DNA of 63,795 nucleotides, counting the filler, from Squatina squatina (taxonomy: Eukaryota): NCBI GenBank assembly GCA_031763465.1. It is 4 parts of 4 records of this genome, joined end to end, with 100 filler letters (N's around TTAATTAATTAA, not from the genome) between each part and the next. Parts side by side here need not be neighbours in the genome. Positions count along the whole stretch, not along the records: positions 23,088 to 37,896 come from JARFOE010000176.1; positions 37,997 to 51,808 come from JARFOE010000100.1; 2 more parts are not named here. One strand, 5' to 3'. How positions within the stretch are numbered: the first letter of the stretch is position 1; each line of letters begins with the position of its first letter. The notes beneath the pieces were generated by a model. It worked only from the letters and a program-made list of their open reading frames with translations, had not been told where the DNA came from and searched no databases. Positions 35,942-50,326 of the stretch are shown here, piece by piece. A program made the translations under genes and the position numbers.

Positions 35942-36815
35942 NAGAGCCGAGGTTATAGTTTGAAATTGTTGAACTCAATGTTGAGTCCAGAAGGCTATAA
36001 AGTGCCTAAACGACAGATGAGGTTGAGCTTCATTGAATAGTGTAATAAGCCGGGAATGGAGAGTTCTGACTGGGAATGGGGCGGAGAACTTAGTGACCGG
36101 CTTAGGATCACGCTTACGGACTGAGCAGAGGGGTTCTGCAAAGCGGTCACCCAATCTGTGTTTGGTCTCCTCAATGTCGAGAAGATCACATCGTGAGCAG
36201 TGCGCACAGTATACTAAATTGAAAGAAGCTGTTTAACCAGGAAGGAGTGTCTGGGGCCCTGGACAGTGGGAAGGGACGACGTGAAAGGGCAGGTGTTGTA
36301 TCTCCTGCGCTTGCACAGGAAGGCGTTGAGAATGGGAAGGGGTGCTCGGGGTGATGGAGATGTGGACCAGGGTGTCGCGGAGGGAGCAGTCCCTTCGGAA
36401 TGCTGCAAGGGGAGGGAAAGATATGTTTGGTAGTAGAATCATGTTGGAGGTGACTGAAATGGCCTAGGATGATCTGTTTAACGTGGAGGCTCGTGGGGTG
36501 AAAGGTGAGATCGAGGGGAACCCTATTGTGGTTCTGGGAGGGAGGGAAGTGGTGACAGCACAAGTACCAGAAATAGAATGGACACGGTTGAGGGCTATGT
36601 CAACCACAGTAGAAGAGAATCCTCGGTTGAAGAAAAAGGAAGACATATCGTAAGCACTGGTATGGAAGGTGGTATCAACAGATGCGGCGGAGATGAAGGA
36701 ACTGGGAGAACAGGGTGGGAGGAAGTGTAGTCCAGGTAGCTGTGGAAGTCAGTGGGCTTATAGTGGATGTTTGTCAGTAGCCCGGCCCCCGAAATGGAGA
36801 CAGAAAAGTTGAGGG
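35942..36815 (-). mobile_element. Penelope-like retroelement (RT C-terminus plus GIY-YIG endonuclease), frameshifted
   Basis: NRVPLDLTFHP, AFRRDCSLRDTLVH, CKRRRYNTCPF, then FNLVYCAHCSRCDLL and ETKHRLGDRFAE spread across frames. Confidence 0.85.
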
Positions 36816-37896
36816 NNNNNNNNNNNNNNNNNNNNNNNNNNNNNNNNNNNNNNNNNNNNNNNNNNNNNNNNNNNNNNNNNNNNNNNNNNNNNNNNNNNNN
36901 NNNNNNNNNNNNNNNAGTTATTGTTCCAATGGGATTAACATATAAGTAGATATAGGGTAATGCAAGTCACATCCCAGGAAATGACCAGTACCACTGAAGC
37001 AAAGATCTATGGCAAACCTAAATTCATAACAACCTAACATACTTGTGCCTGGGATAGCTACAAATGCATTTGCACTTGTCTCATTTGATTTCTTTTTCTC
37101 TGTCTCAAACTAGCCAAATAACTGGTCCTGTTGATTATTGTAGTGTAATCATGGAGGTATTTCATCAATTTCTAAAGTGAAATATTTAGTTGAAAGCACC
37201 TTTTGGTACCATGTCGTGACAAATAGCTAAGGAATTTGATCTGACAGACCTCATATGGCCCATTACCTGGTTAAATATATGAATTCTTAAGGCCAATAGT
37301 TATTTGGAGAATAGTGTTCCCACAAGGTAACAGGATACTTAGTAATTCAGTTCACACCAGACCTTGCCTCCATGTTTCAAAAGGGTTTTTGCTTGTTTTA
37401 CTGTCAATATCATCAGCTGCAGTAGGATTGTGAAAACATTTTCTATGGTGTGCTTTGAAAACCATATTTCTATTAAATCCAGGCAGTGGAAAGAAATACA
37501 GATGTTTACTCTTTGTATTTCTAAATTTTAATGGGATTCTGCAGAGGCCCTTTTGGCTGCTTTATTGCATTTCTACTTTCTCACTTTATCTTCCAGAAAC
37601 TGCACAACAGTTTATGAATCTGTTGCGCGTTGTAACTGTGTTAACAGGATTGGTAATGCTGTGTTATAGTGAGGGCAAAATAACTTTTGATTTCCAGCAG
37701 ATCCTACAGAAGGGCATTTAGTTATCATTGTAGTGTCCTTTGTTCGATGCTACAGGCAACAATGCCCAAATGCAGTCCAATTAATCTTCAAATCATTCAC
37801 CAGTCAAGGGATAATATACCAGACAAACTCATTAGAAAGCCCACTTAATCTAATACTGTGATCAGAGATCAAGTTGCCATCACTCTGGCTTCAGTC

Positions 37897-37996
37897 NNNN
37901 NNNNNNNNNNNNNNNNNNNNNNNNNNNNNNNNNNNNNNNNTTAATTAATTAANNNNNNNNNNNNNNNNNNNNNNNNNNNNNNNNNNNNNNNNNNNN
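37897..37996. other. Artificial scaffold linker 44N-TTAATTAATTAA-44N
   Basis: 12-mer at 37941-37952, centred in a 100-bp N block. Confidence 0.95.
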
Positions 37997-39189
37997 AAAG
38001 CAACCTTGAATTGACATTAACTAGTCACTCTACCTCAGGCAAAAAACAAAAGTCAGTTATCAAAACAGCATGCTGGTAAAAGTAGTGCTCTTTAAGATTT
38101 AACACTGAGGTATATCTTGAAATAATTTAAACAGAACTCAGTATTACAGCGAGCCAATGCGTCCCTAACCTATTCAAGTTTCTTTTCTTAGCACTATTAT
38201 ATTACAAAGTTCAGGAATAGATATACGTAAAGTAACATATAAAAGTTAAAGCCCAACCCACCTCAGGTGCCATCCAAAAGGGTGTACCCACAGAAGTGTT
38301 TCGACGTAATCTAGTATTTGTAAGCTTAGCTGAGACACCTATTTAACAAAATTGCAAAAATTAATATTTTGATTCAAAAATGAACATGCTGTCGCAAATC
38401 AGCAGTGAAGTGGTTAAAATACTCACTTTAATGTTTATTGTTGTTGGTTTGCAATCCCACCACAGGCAGATAGTTAAACCTACCAACCATTTGTGAGATT
38501 TTCAGCAGCTCTTGATAAATCTCATGAGAGCAAAATATTTCACCAGGGTAAAGAAAAGAGACTAACACACACTAACATACCACACAAGCTGAACATAGAA
38601 CTGCAGTGACGATGGTTGTCATGGAGAAATCTCAGTCTCACAGGAGGACATGTAGAGGTGAACAGCCTTGTGTGTTTATTACCTTAAATTAGTAAAATGC
38701 AGTTATTATTAATTCTCCGAGGCATTTTTGTTCTATATGTTCCCACTCTGAACAATTTACCTTCAGGAAATCAGCAATTAAGTGGAACAGTTATATTTGG
38801 TGCCGAGTCCATTTTACCTTCTACGCAGAGGGACTAGTATTGCCTTAGGCTATTTAGTCATTTAACATAGAACTATCACTTCCTTTGAGGTCCAAAAAAT
38901 ATCAAGTCCCAGAAGTAAAAGAACAAAAGCTGCCATGGAAGAGTTTGTTCTAATTGTACCACTAAGCTTACCAATACCATCAAGTAAATAGAACACTTTT
39001 GGTGGCATTATGTGAGAGTTGTTTTATTCATCATTTTATTTTAAGAACAAGCAGTTCTTCCAAAATCATTGAGCAGACAGATTATCTGGTAACAGTTCCT
39101 TAGGTACTCCATCTGTTAAATCCAATCCTCCGACAGAAAAAGCAAAATATACTTTGCCTGTGGCGTCACAGAAAAGCTCATGCTGTCTA

Positions 39190-39372
<183 letters not shown>

Positions 39373-40146
39373 TCATCGTGGANNNNNNNNNNNNNNNNNN
39401 NNNNNNNNNNNNNNNNNNNNNNNNNNNNNNNNNNNNNNNNNNNNNNNNNNNNNNNNNNNNNNNNNNNNNNNNNNNNNNNNNNTGAAGTAAATGTAAGTTA
39501 ACAATTCACAATTGTTCCAATTTATTGTATATAATACTTGTAAAAGCACATTTTGGAGGAATATGGTCCGAGTCTGCCTGCACTGAGACAGACATTGGAG
39601 TGTTGCATTTTACACACAATTTATTATCTAATATGAGACTTTTCTGAAAGCCATTATTGATGCAGCACCAAGGCCAGAAGGTAGGTGGCACTTCTTTCTT
39701 TTGCAGGCAACCATTGGGTTTTTGGGCTCAGAGACCTCTGGTACTGTCCTCCAACAGCAGCCAGAGGCCCCAACCGTGCTCTCGATACCGCCCCAGTGCC
39801 CAGCATAAGGGCCTGCTGGCTGGGGCCGTTGTGTGACTGTGGCGCAAAGGTCTGGCCCAACAAATTCAGGCACTTTGGGTGTGCTACAACTGCCCAGTAT
39901 CTGGGCAGAGGAAGGCCGGGAAGATCAGCCCCACCTTGTCAGATCACTCGTGAATGAAATCTTCCTGACAAAGTGTTCTTATTTCTTGCTAAAGTGGTAA
40001 CTCTCTTCCCTCCCTTTTAAACAAAATAGTAACTGTACTACACTAGCGATATACTCCAGCCACAAGTCCATTATCTCGAATACTACTGTGTTAAAAGAAA
40101 ATGTACATAAGAGAACAGATACGCTCTGTTGTCACTTAGTTCTTAC

Positions 40147-40251
40147 CAAAAGTGCCCCATACAAAATGTATGAGATTAGTACTTCATCCATGCATTCACC
40201 ACGCTTGAGCAGATTTGCAATGACTTCAGTGACAGAACCTCCACTGCACAG
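40147..40251 (-). CDS. MYO3B: Myosin-IIIb kinase exon (105 nt)
   Basis: cacag|CTG...TTG|gtaag. Encodes [35 protein letters not shown]. Confidence 0.92.
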
Positions 40252-40469
40252 CTGTGAAAGAGTCAGAAGCATTTGTATTATTCAGTAAACTCAATTCATG
40301 TTTAAATTTTCATTCTAGCACACTGAAAAAAAGTGAATATTAAATGGCAAAAATGCTGGCAAAATTACACTAAAAGGTAGAGTTAACCAACACAGCAAAT
40401 TCAGTACATTTTAACCAACGAAGAGAATAGAACTTTATGTAATAGACTACAAGGCAACTTTTTCATCAT

Positions 40470-40828
40470 ATAATCAGAGAAACTTACAGCACAGAAGGAG
40501 GCCATTCTGTCCGCCATGCCTGTACTGACTCTTCGAAAGAGCAGTCATGCTTAGTCCCACACCCTGCTTTTTGTCCATAACTGTGTAAGGTCCTCACCCT
40601 CCAGTACCTGTCCAACTCACTTATTATTTACGGAATTAGTTTCCACCACCTTTTCAGGTGGAATGTTCCAGATCCCGACAACTCTGAGTGAAAAAGATTT
40701 TCCTCATCTCCCCTCTCGATCTTCTGCTAATGATTTTGAATCTATGACCTCCAGTTNNNNNNNNNNAGTTATTGACTGAAGAGTTTTTCCCTACTCTGCC
40801 AAAACCATTCATCAGCTTGAAAACCTCT
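40470..40828 (-). mobile_element. CR1 LINE 3' end
   Basis: LEVFKLMNGFGRV...TGGHRFKIISRRSRGEMRKIFFTQ. Confidence 0.8.
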
Positions 40829-41632
40829 AGATGATACAAAAATTGGTCAGGTGGTTAATAATGAAGAAGAAAGCAGTGGACTGCAGGAAGATAACAATGG
40901 GCTGGTCAGGTGGGCAGAACAGTGCCAAATGGAATTCAATCTGGAGAAGTGTGCGATAATGTATTTCGGGATGGCTAACAAGGCAAGAGAATATGCAACA
41001 AATGGTAGAACACTGAGTTGTGCTAAGGAACAGAGGGACCTTGGTGTGCATGATCACAGATCCCTGAAGGTAGCAGGACTGGTAGTTAAGGCGGCATATG
41101 GAATATTTGCCTTTATTAACCGGAATATTAACCACATAGAATACAAGAGCATGGAGGTNNNNNNNNNNNNNNNNNNNNNNNNNNNNNNNNNNNNNNNNNN
41201 NNNNNNNNNNNNNNNNNNNNNNNNNNNNNNNNNNNNNNNNNNNNNNNNNNNNNNNNNNATCTGGTCAAAGTTTTCAGGATATTAAGGGGAACAGAGAGGG
41301 GAGTTGGAGAGAAACTATTTCTGCTGGTTGGGGAGTCTAGGACGAGGGCGCACAGTCTTAAGAATTAGAGCCAGACCTTTCAGGAGTGAAATTAGGAAAC
41401 ACTTCTACACACAAAGGGTGGTAGAAGTTTGAACCTCTCTTGCACAAATGGCAGTTGATGCTAGGTCAATTGTTAATCTTAAATCTGAGATGGATAGTTT
41501 TTTGTTAACCAAAGTTATTAAGGGATATGCGTCAAAGGCGGGAATATGGAGTTAGGTCACAGATCAACCATGATCCCATTGAATGGTGGAACAGGCTCAA
41601 GGATCTAAATGGCTTACTCCTGTTCCTATGTT
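40829..41632 (+). mobile_element. CR1 LINE RT-to-3' fragments (spanning a gap)
   Basis: DDTKIGQVVNNEEESSGLQEDNNGLVRWAEQCQMEFNLEKC...EQRDLGVH; 3' tail ctcctgttcctatgtt. Confidence 0.85.
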
Positions 41633-41969
41633 GGAATACTACAATTATGTTCTTTGTTATATTATTGTAGCTTGTGTAACTTTGTGTACTCATTAGTCAA
41701 AAAAATGTTTTGTGGGAAATAATGCTGCTATCAGAGGAAAATACCATATCTTGGGTATTTTCAATGTGTACCACCCATTTATATAATAATGCATACACTA
41801 TAGTGGACAAATCCTCAACACGGTCATATGGCATTTCTCGGTCCCCAATTTTAACTGATTTATTTTAATCTGGCCAATATCACCAACAGTGATTTTTAAT
41901 CTCATACCTTTGGTGTGTTTTTTCCAGACTGTCAAATACAAAGTAATTCTAAATCAATGGGCTCCTTAC

Positions 41970-42104
41970 CTCAAGAACTAACCAGAGGTGACCACCAGAT
42001 TTCAAGTCTGCTTTGTAGAACATTCCATAAAATCTAACAACATTTGGGTGATTTGGAAGTGACTGCAGGATGCTATATTCTGCTTCAATTTCTTCATCAA
42101 CAAC
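41970..42104 (-). CDS. MYO3B: Myosin-IIIb kinase exon (135 nt)
   Basis: ttag|GTT...GAG|gtaag. Encodes [45 protein letters not shown], closest to recalled MYO3B ([18 protein letters not shown]) and lying downstream of UBR3. Confidence 0.92.
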
Positions 42105-44859
42105 CTAAGTAAAAACAAATCAGTACACTGAAACAAATTAGGGTACTCAGTACTCTGATAAAAATCGCATAGATTTTTAGTCAACGCTATCCTATTGCAA
42201 GAAAGAAATCAAGTGATAGTAACAGCAGTAGCTTCACAACATATGTTCAGTCCGAGGATTGACCACTACTTTAAACTTTCTTTGACACAGGTAAGATAAC
42301 ATCTTTTATTTCACTTTTAAAGGAGGCTTTATTTCCTGATAAATAAAAGATGATTTGGGGTGTAATGTGGATGTTAACAATTTGAGAATGGGGTGGAATT
42401 CAGTCACGCTGAATCTGCACCCATTTTGTGCATCATGCATATTTCTGGTTCACACGAATGCAGGAGGATCCCAGCTGAAACAAGTGAATGTTTACTTATA
42501 TCAGAATGAAATTACCATGATGTCATGTTCGGCAGAAACGCAATATTCTATTCTAGCCCACAGAACTCTGATTCACATTCCTGCACATTGAAAATGGATG
42601 TCCAAGGTTGCTAGGGCCAGAGGATTCCATTGGGACAGACTTCTCTTGAACCATGCTGGGACCAGTGTCCTGGCAAATCGAATAACTAGGGCTGTAACTA
42701 GGGCTTTAAACTAANNNNNNNNNNNNNNNNNNNNNNNNNNNNNNNNNNNNNNNNNNNNNNNNNNNNNNNNNNNNNNNNNNNNNNNNNNNNNNNNNNNNNN
42801 NNNNNNNNNNNNNNTGTTTTTATTCCAAATATTAAGTTGTGCTGAGCTCCTGGTTTTTCCAATCTAGTAATACTGAAGTTAGCTTTATAAAATTCTGCCC
42901 TAACAATGTTTTCTGCTTCAGAATTGTTCAGAAGATGCCAAAAGCTGTAACACATGACGTAATCCATGGTGCAGTACCCCTCAAACCTGCGGGACACATC
43001 AAGGTTTGACAAAAAAAATTACACATCCAGTTTCGCTTTTTAATTAAAAGCTTTGTTCAATTTAACCTTCATGCAAACATCTGTACCTTTGGCTTAATCA
43101 ACAGCAGCTTGTCGACAGTACACCACAGTTTATGGCATAATATAAAGACTAGTTACCGTGATCAACAATGACAAAATTATATGACAATCTAACCATGAAT
43201 GTAAAGTAACATATACAGTGCAAATGTCTTTATGAATTGCATTTTAATCGAATGACAGCAATCTAATGAATTCACTTACTTCAATTGTTCACCCATATTT
43301 CTCTGAACCATCACCAAGGTAACAGGTGTCCCAAGAGGATTGATGTTGATCTCACTAATAAATTATTCATACCCCATTGTAATAAGCATTATGAACCTTT
43401 TTAAACTATTCAAATGTCTAATTAATCTGATAATGACAAAGTATTCTAAGCATTAGTGAATATTCATTTTGTGGAGTTCAGAGCACGAATATAATCAGTT
43501 GAAAAAGTAACAAGTAAAAGTTGATCATTTCCTTAATACTCTGGAGTAGTGTTTNNNNNNNNNNNNNNNNNNNNNNNNNNNNNNNNNNNNNNNNNNNNNN
43601 NNNNNNNNNNNNNNNNNNNNNNNNNNNNNNNNNNNNNNNNNNNNNNNNNNNNNNCTATCTCACCACCCACTGATGTTAATTAGTGAGCAATGAAAACTTC
43701 TCACACAAGATGCCGCAGAGCCACTGTCATTTAACTTTTCACTTCAAGGCAACAGTACAATAAAATTAAATACTTGTGTCTTGATTAATCAGTTAAGTAC
43801 TTACAGTAATTGTTACAGTAGTCAAATCAGAATTTGGTCTTACAGGTAACTTCCCCCCTCTTTAACTTTCATTTCACCGTAAAAATACCATTTTAGCCAA
43901 GTATTGTTTTATATATGCACATAAAAATCCACATGCAACAGAGCTATACAGAAATGAATAAGCGCTTAGAAGCAAATTACAGACATTAATCTAATCAAGG
44001 TTACTTGACTAACATAAATTGAAAGTGCATGAATTTAAGTACATTCTGAACATTAGCTGAAGTCCTCGACAGGATTACATTTTTATTTCACTTCGATGTG
44101 TTTGTGTTAGAAATCTCTGACTGCATACATTGTACTTTTGTGCAGCTAGATAGCTCAAAATGAGGATATTGTGACATTGAAATAAACATTGAAGGTATTG
44201 TGTAATTCCTTAAAAGTGCATTAGCTACTTCTTTTAATGTAAGAAAGTGATTGTTCCCAGTTGTCAAGACTGAAGCTATTATGTATGAAGTAATTTAGAT
44301 AAAAGGTGTTAACTGCAGGAAATTATGCAGCAAAGGGTATAACTACTGAATGAATTTTCACACAAATTTCTCAATTTTTCCCCATCTCACCTGATGGCAG
44401 GAACTCATGATTCTGCAGTACAATCCGACAGGAGGCTATCTGGTACCTTACTGAAACTGTTATTCTTCAGATATGAACCTGGACAGTGAGTGTCAGCAGG
44501 TTATTCATAAGAAACATATGAAAAAGTACAGGAATAGGTCAACTGGTCAATCAGCCTGTTCCATCCAAATGGTGCAGTCTTAATACTTCACCAACCCACT
44601 GCCCATTCATGAAATCTCCTGGGAGAGGTAAACAAAGAGATAAAACCATAGGCCAATTTAGGAAAAAAATTATGGGAAATTCTTCTCTGCCCCTGAGACA
44701 ATCAGTCCAAGGGACTGCAGTAATTGACAGTACCAGTCACAGTTAACCCCACCTATATTCTATAACTCCAGATGTCTTCCGCTCATAGGAACATGTCCAG
44801 TACCCTTTTGAATGCCTGTATTGATAGGAATCCATATGCATTACATGTTCTGGCAATCT

Positions 44860-45068
44860 ATCTGGTCAATAACTGTAAAAACTAATACATGTTTTTATGA
44901 AAAAGAAATCATGTTTGACAAATTTATTCGAGTTCTTTGAGGAAGTAATGAGCAGGGTGGATAAGGGGGAACCAGTTGGTATATTGTGATTTCCAAAAGG
45001 CGTTCGATAAGGTGCTACATAAAAGTTACTGCACGAGATAAGAGCTCATGGTGTTAGGGATAATATAT
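44860..45068 (+). mobile_element. CR1 RT fragment
   Basis: KSCLTNLFEFFEEVMSRVDKGEPV...DFQKAFDKVLH. Confidence 0.85.
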
Positions 45069-45225
45069 TAGAAACATAGAAACATAGAAAATAGGTGCAG
45101 GAGCAGGCCATTTGGCCCTTCAAGCCTGCACCGCCATTCAGCACGATAATGGCTGATCTTTCAACTCAGTACCCCGTACCTGCTTTCTCTCCATACCCCC
45201 TGATCCCCCTTGCCGTAAGGGCCAC
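45069..45225 (-). mobile_element. Young CR1 3' end abutting the older copy
   Basis: (agaaacat)n tail followed by aataggtgcaggagcaggccatttggcccttcaagcctgcaccgccattca. Confidence 0.85.
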
Positions 45226-46029
45226 NNNNNNNNNNNNNNNNNNNNNNNNNNNNNNNNNNNNNNNNNNNNNNNNNNNNNNNNNNNNNNNNNNNNNNNNNNN
45301 NNNNNNNNNNNNNNNNNNNNNNNNNCAACTGTCAAAATCAATGTGAACATGGTCCCTTTAAGGAAACCGACTGATGATACGTCATCAAATGACATCATCA
45401 GACCTGCTTCCTTTTAATTGGCTGGGAACCTCGCAGGGTGGCTTAACAAGCCCCATCAATGGAAAATTCTTTTCACAGAGCGGGATGGAGCCGGGAGTGG
45501 GGTCGCAACCCGCCACCTACCTCGTCCACACTGGGCCCGTCTCAGTCAGTGAAATCGTGGCCTTTATGTCCAAATTGAAAGACTGTGATCAATAATCTCT
45601 ATTAACAGCCTACAATCACATAGCCATTGGAAGGCAAGTGGTATTAGCAACCCAGACCAAAAAAGCTTTATTAATATAAAGCAGCGACAACATCTCTTAG
45701 TCATAAATCTGTTAAGCTTTATCTGTCAATTACTTGCTCCTTCTCATATATATATTTACTGAACTTAAAGATTTGCATTGAGATAGTATTGAACTTTGGA
45801 ATCATTCTTATGAATTTCACAGTGGCAGTATTTGGTCAATGGAAATACAAGCTAACTTAAGAAGTTCAAATACATCTATCTTAGCAGATGCTTTCTCAGA
45901 TGTAATTTTAAATTCTGACAATTTTGTAACATAGCTCTTTAGGGAGGTAGCAATGATAAGTTAATCATAAGTTAAATGAGAATTTGGCAGCAAGTCCATT
46001 TTGGACAACTATTGAAGGGAACTCATGGG

Positions 46030-46432
46030 CGCAGTCCCGGCAGTGGACCGTCACCTCTTGCTCCATCTTAGGAGGTTCCTGGTTAGAAGAAGGTGGTGGC
46101 AGATACATCAGCAAAGGGTGCAAGAGAGAGCTGCATAAAGGACAGGAGTGGGTAAGGCTGCACCAGTCATGCAAGCCGTTGAAGCCGCAGATGGTCGGGC
46201 CCCTGCAGAGACACATAGACAAAGGGCAATGCAGAGAGGAAGGGAGAGGCAACCACAGCCACAACCAGGCCCACCCGCTCAAGACAATCAACATGGGGGT
46301 CGACGGCGAAGGAATTGCGCCAATGTTGAAAGGAGGCCTTACCCTCAAGGAATATACCGGCAACAATTCTCCTACATGAACTTAACTGAGGAGCAGTGTG
46401 TTAGAAGGCTTTGTTTCTCAAGGGACATCATA
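46030..46432 (+). mobile_element. Harbinger transposase N-terminal fragment
   Basis: RRPYPQGIYRQQFSYMNLTEEQCVRRLCFSRDII, homologous to the fragments at 26.4 and 27.3 kb. Confidence 0.7.
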
Positions 46433-47569
46433 ANNNNNNNNNNNNNNNNNNNNNNNNNNNNNNNNNNNNNNNNNNNNNNNNNNNNNNNNNNNNNNNNNNN
46501 NNNNNNNNNNNNNNNNNNNNNNNNNNNNNNNNNTCTATTTTTACCATCTAGGTCAAGTGAGCTGTTGTTATTGAAAATCTTGCTTTTAAAAAAGACACAT
46601 ATGATTTACATATTTTTTATTAACATATTTTACAGTCATATCTTAAGTCTAAGGTTTACTTTCCAATGTGCCAGAAAATGTTCAGCTGTTACAGTAATGT
46701 ACTGTATTTAACATTCATTCATACAGGGTAACACACTGGTGAACACTCAACTTCTATCTGCAAATTACACACCACTTTTTTTGCATGAAAATATTAAGTT
46801 GTATAGTGGGTCTTACAAAACTTAGGAAAACTAAAATAAAACCTAATTCAGCAGCATGCATGAATTCAAGTACATTTTTAAATCAACAGTATATCTGGCA
46901 ATCAAACTCCACAAGTATGGGAATAAAAAGCAAAGGGAAGCCAATTACCATCTTTGGGAGTCAGACCAACAAAGAATACTCCATTTAAATTAATTTAGGA
47001 TGATTCATAATTAGGTACCACACCCACAGCATTAGCAGGTACAATCATTATCCGCCTGTGCTCACTACTGTCTGTTTTAGAATCACATGCTGTGCTAAAC
47101 TGCTCAAGCCTTTGATGCTGTTTTAGTTACAGGTTTAACTTCCATTCTGCACTGCACTCTCTTACAGATCATTTTTTGACAAAAGATCACTTGACATATT
47201 TGACATTGGGCATTAACAAGTCTGTCAATTATTTTTGCAAATATCAGATGATGGCGTAAATCATTAAATTATGAATTTTAATAGGATTTGAACATATTAG
47301 CTAAGTGATAAATTGTATGTGAACAAAATATCAGATTAGCGATATCAATTTTCAGTAGCTTCCAATGTTTTACAAAGATGAATCATTGCAAACAATCCAG
47401 TCCATGATGATTATGATAGGACCGATCTTGTGATGATTCTTTTTTTCCATATTTATGAAATGTAGCATTTAATGAACTACTTCTCTGAATATGAAATTTT
47501 ATCAAATTATGATCACTCTTCCCCAGTGGATCCTTTGCTATAAGATTATTAATTAAACCTGTCTCAGTT

Positions 47570-47772
47570 CACAATTCTGCATCAAAAATAGCATGTTCCC
47601 TAGTTGGTTCCTGGACATACTGTTCTGGAAAACTGTCTTGAATGCATTCCATGAACTCGTCCTCCAAGCTACTTTTGTTAATTTGGTTTTCCCAGTCTAT
47701 ATGAAGATCAAAGTCCCCTACAATTATTGCATTACCCTTGTTACATGTTCCCATAATTTCCTGATTTCTGCC
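47570..47772 (-). mobile_element. CR1 endonuclease fragment
   Basis: CNKGNAIIVGDFDLHIDWENQ...EFMECIQDSFPEQYVQEPTREHAIFD. Confidence 0.85.
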
Positions 47773-47857
47773 ATCAACCCACCCATCCACTCCTCCCAGT
47801 CACACAATCTGCTGGATGAGACAACAGAGAAAAAGTCTTATGTTAATTGAGAGAAAA

Positions 47858-48162
47858 CACTTGCATTTATGTAGCGCCTTTAACATAGTAAAAAGTCCCA
47901 AGGTGCCTCACAGGAGTGTTATCAGACAAAAAGAATTGGTACCAAAGTAGGTTTTAAGGAGTGTCTTAAAGGAGGAGAGAGGTAGAGAGGTGGAGATGTT
48001 TAGGGACGGAATTCTTTGGCTTCGGGCCTGGGCAACAGAAGGCACGGCTGCCTATGATGGGACGAAGGGAGTCAAGGAGGCACACGAAGCCAGGATTGGA
48101 GGAGCGCAGAGTCCTCGGAGGGTTGTAAGGCTGGAGGAGGTTGCAGAGATAGGGAGGGAGCC
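47858..48162 (-). mobile_element. L2 LINE 3' end
   Basis: PPYLCNLLQPYNPPRTLRSSN...IGSRAFCCPGPK; reverse complement of the tail at 59780-60130. Confidence 0.8.
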
Positions 48163-48556
48163 GTAAATTCAACTCGGACCTCTGAGGCCGATCAAACCAG
48201 GACCCAGAAGACCAGAGTGATAGATGGCGATAATTTGAGCTCCACCTCACATACCTCCTAAAATGTGGGATGTCCTGTACGTTCAATAACTTGTCCTGCT
48301 CCCTTCTGCAGGACTGCAGTGGACCCATACTTGCCACATCTTTTGGTAATCTGTTCCAGGGATTGATAGCTCTCTGTGAAGAGAAGTGCTTCCTGGTGTC
48401 TAACCTCTTTAGACCCGAATTCTCCCATCCCTATCCAGCTCAAATAGTCAATGCACNNNNNNNNNNNNNNNNNNNNNNNNNNNNNNNNNNNNNNNNNNNN
48501 NNNNNNNNNNNNNNNNNNNNNNNNNNNNNNNNNNNNNNNNNNNNNNNNNNNNNNNN

Positions 48557-48775
48557 AGCAAGGGAGATGCCCCGGTGTCCTGAACCAATATTTATCCCTC
48601 AACCAACATCACTAAAACTAATTATCTGGTCATTCATCACATTGCTGTTTTGTGGGACCTTGCTGTGCATAAATTGCCTGTCACCTTTCCTACGTTCCAA
48701 CAGTGACTACACTTCAAAAAAGAAAATACTTCACTGGCTGCCCGGCACTTTTGGGCTGTCCTGAGGTAGTGAAAT
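48557..48775 (+). mobile_element. Deu-domain SINE 3' part
   Basis: Homologous to the reverse complement of 29160-29350. Confidence 0.75.
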
Positions 48776-50326
48776 CCCAGTTCTAATCTCCCTCTCAACT
48801 TGATGGGCGATACCTTAATTGCAAGTTGTAGTTGCGCGATTGTTTCCCCATACACAGTGGCCTCTTTAATTGAGGAGTTGGGTTGTTACGGTGATTCTGG
48901 TGTAATGGGAATGGTGGCTGCCTCGTGCCTGACAGCCCCCATTAGCGTTGATATTTATCAAACTGGGTCGTACCTGCTGCTTGGGCAGATGACATGCTAT
49001 TTTCTAACTTGGCAAACAATGAAATAGCAAGAGCGTGATGTACCTTGAGCCAGTCGCAGGAAATGGAGGAGGAAAAAGCAACAAAAAAAAGCAAATGTAA
49101 ATCATGCCTAGATTTCAGATCTTCAAAATCACTGATATTTCTATAATGAAAACAACTTCAGAACTGTCCACAACATGTTGCAGTTAAATTCTGAATCTCA
49201 TCTGCACTTTGGGACTATTCATTTCCCACAATCATCTGATTTTTTCTGTTTAGTAAATCAGATAGAAATGGTGGTAATTACATTGGACAATTACAATACA
49301 GATAAACCTATAGTTGACAATGGGTATCTGAAACAGAAATTTGCTACAAGGAGGGCCTGCGTACTTCAGATCCAATCATTCTATAACATACCACACTGTC
49401 CAATTTTAAATCCCAAAAATTCGTATCTGTAATTGTAACATTCTTGGTTTTATATGGTTACCAAACTTCGTAAACACACTAACTTTATAAGGTGCTTATG
49501 AACTTGCAAAGCATAAAACCAGGCTTCCAAATAAACACAACTGGAAAAAGTATTTGTTCTGTTATTAGCAGCAGTGAGTTCCAAATATTTCTGTTGCTCA
49601 GTTACCTTTAACAAAATAAGAAACACAATTTCCTGAGACTGAAGGTTTTACAGCCTAGTTTTCTTTTAATTCAAAAGTTTCTGCAGAATGAAGCCTTGTC
49701 TTGTATACTTGTTTTAAATAAACTGGGCAAGTTACAGTAAACTTATTAAGAGTTATTATGGCCAGAGTTACAAATCAAAACCTCTCAAAAATATAGAAAA
49801 ACTCAGCACAGACTCATCAGAAAAATGCCACAACAGATGCACCAGCCTTGAAATAAACCTTTTCTAAATAGTGTACAGCTATCATGTGCACATGACTGGA
49901 TTTGATCCTCCAATAGAAGTGTACTCTTCCTATGAAAAGAGAATCAGCAACCAACCCTTCAAAAATTACACATGTCTTGGCCATATACTACAAACATTAC
50001 ATTTATTTTTAGTGAGGGACAAATCTGAATTCAAATTGTGCTTTTTTGTACTTTCATACATTGCTACAATCACTTCAATATGACTAATAAATAATAAGCT
50101 CTTTACTTTACAGAAGATATTTTAGCCCATTTCTGGAGACAGGCTGTTAAAAGTTGCTGGGATTTTTCACACAGTGCTATAAAGGTGATATTAATAGCAC
50201 CTTGTATATGCAGAATAATGATTTTGTGGATTGCTGGTTAACAAACACTTTAAAAAATAAACTCCATAACATTTATATGAACTGAAGCTTCTTGATGATC
50301 AGTTTCAGGAAAGATGTGCAAGTCAG

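Noticed and set aside
46148-46711. 187-aa ORF as the cellular HARBI1 gene
   Set aside because: Truncated at a gap, with multiple decayed homologous copies in the window; it is a transposon remnant.
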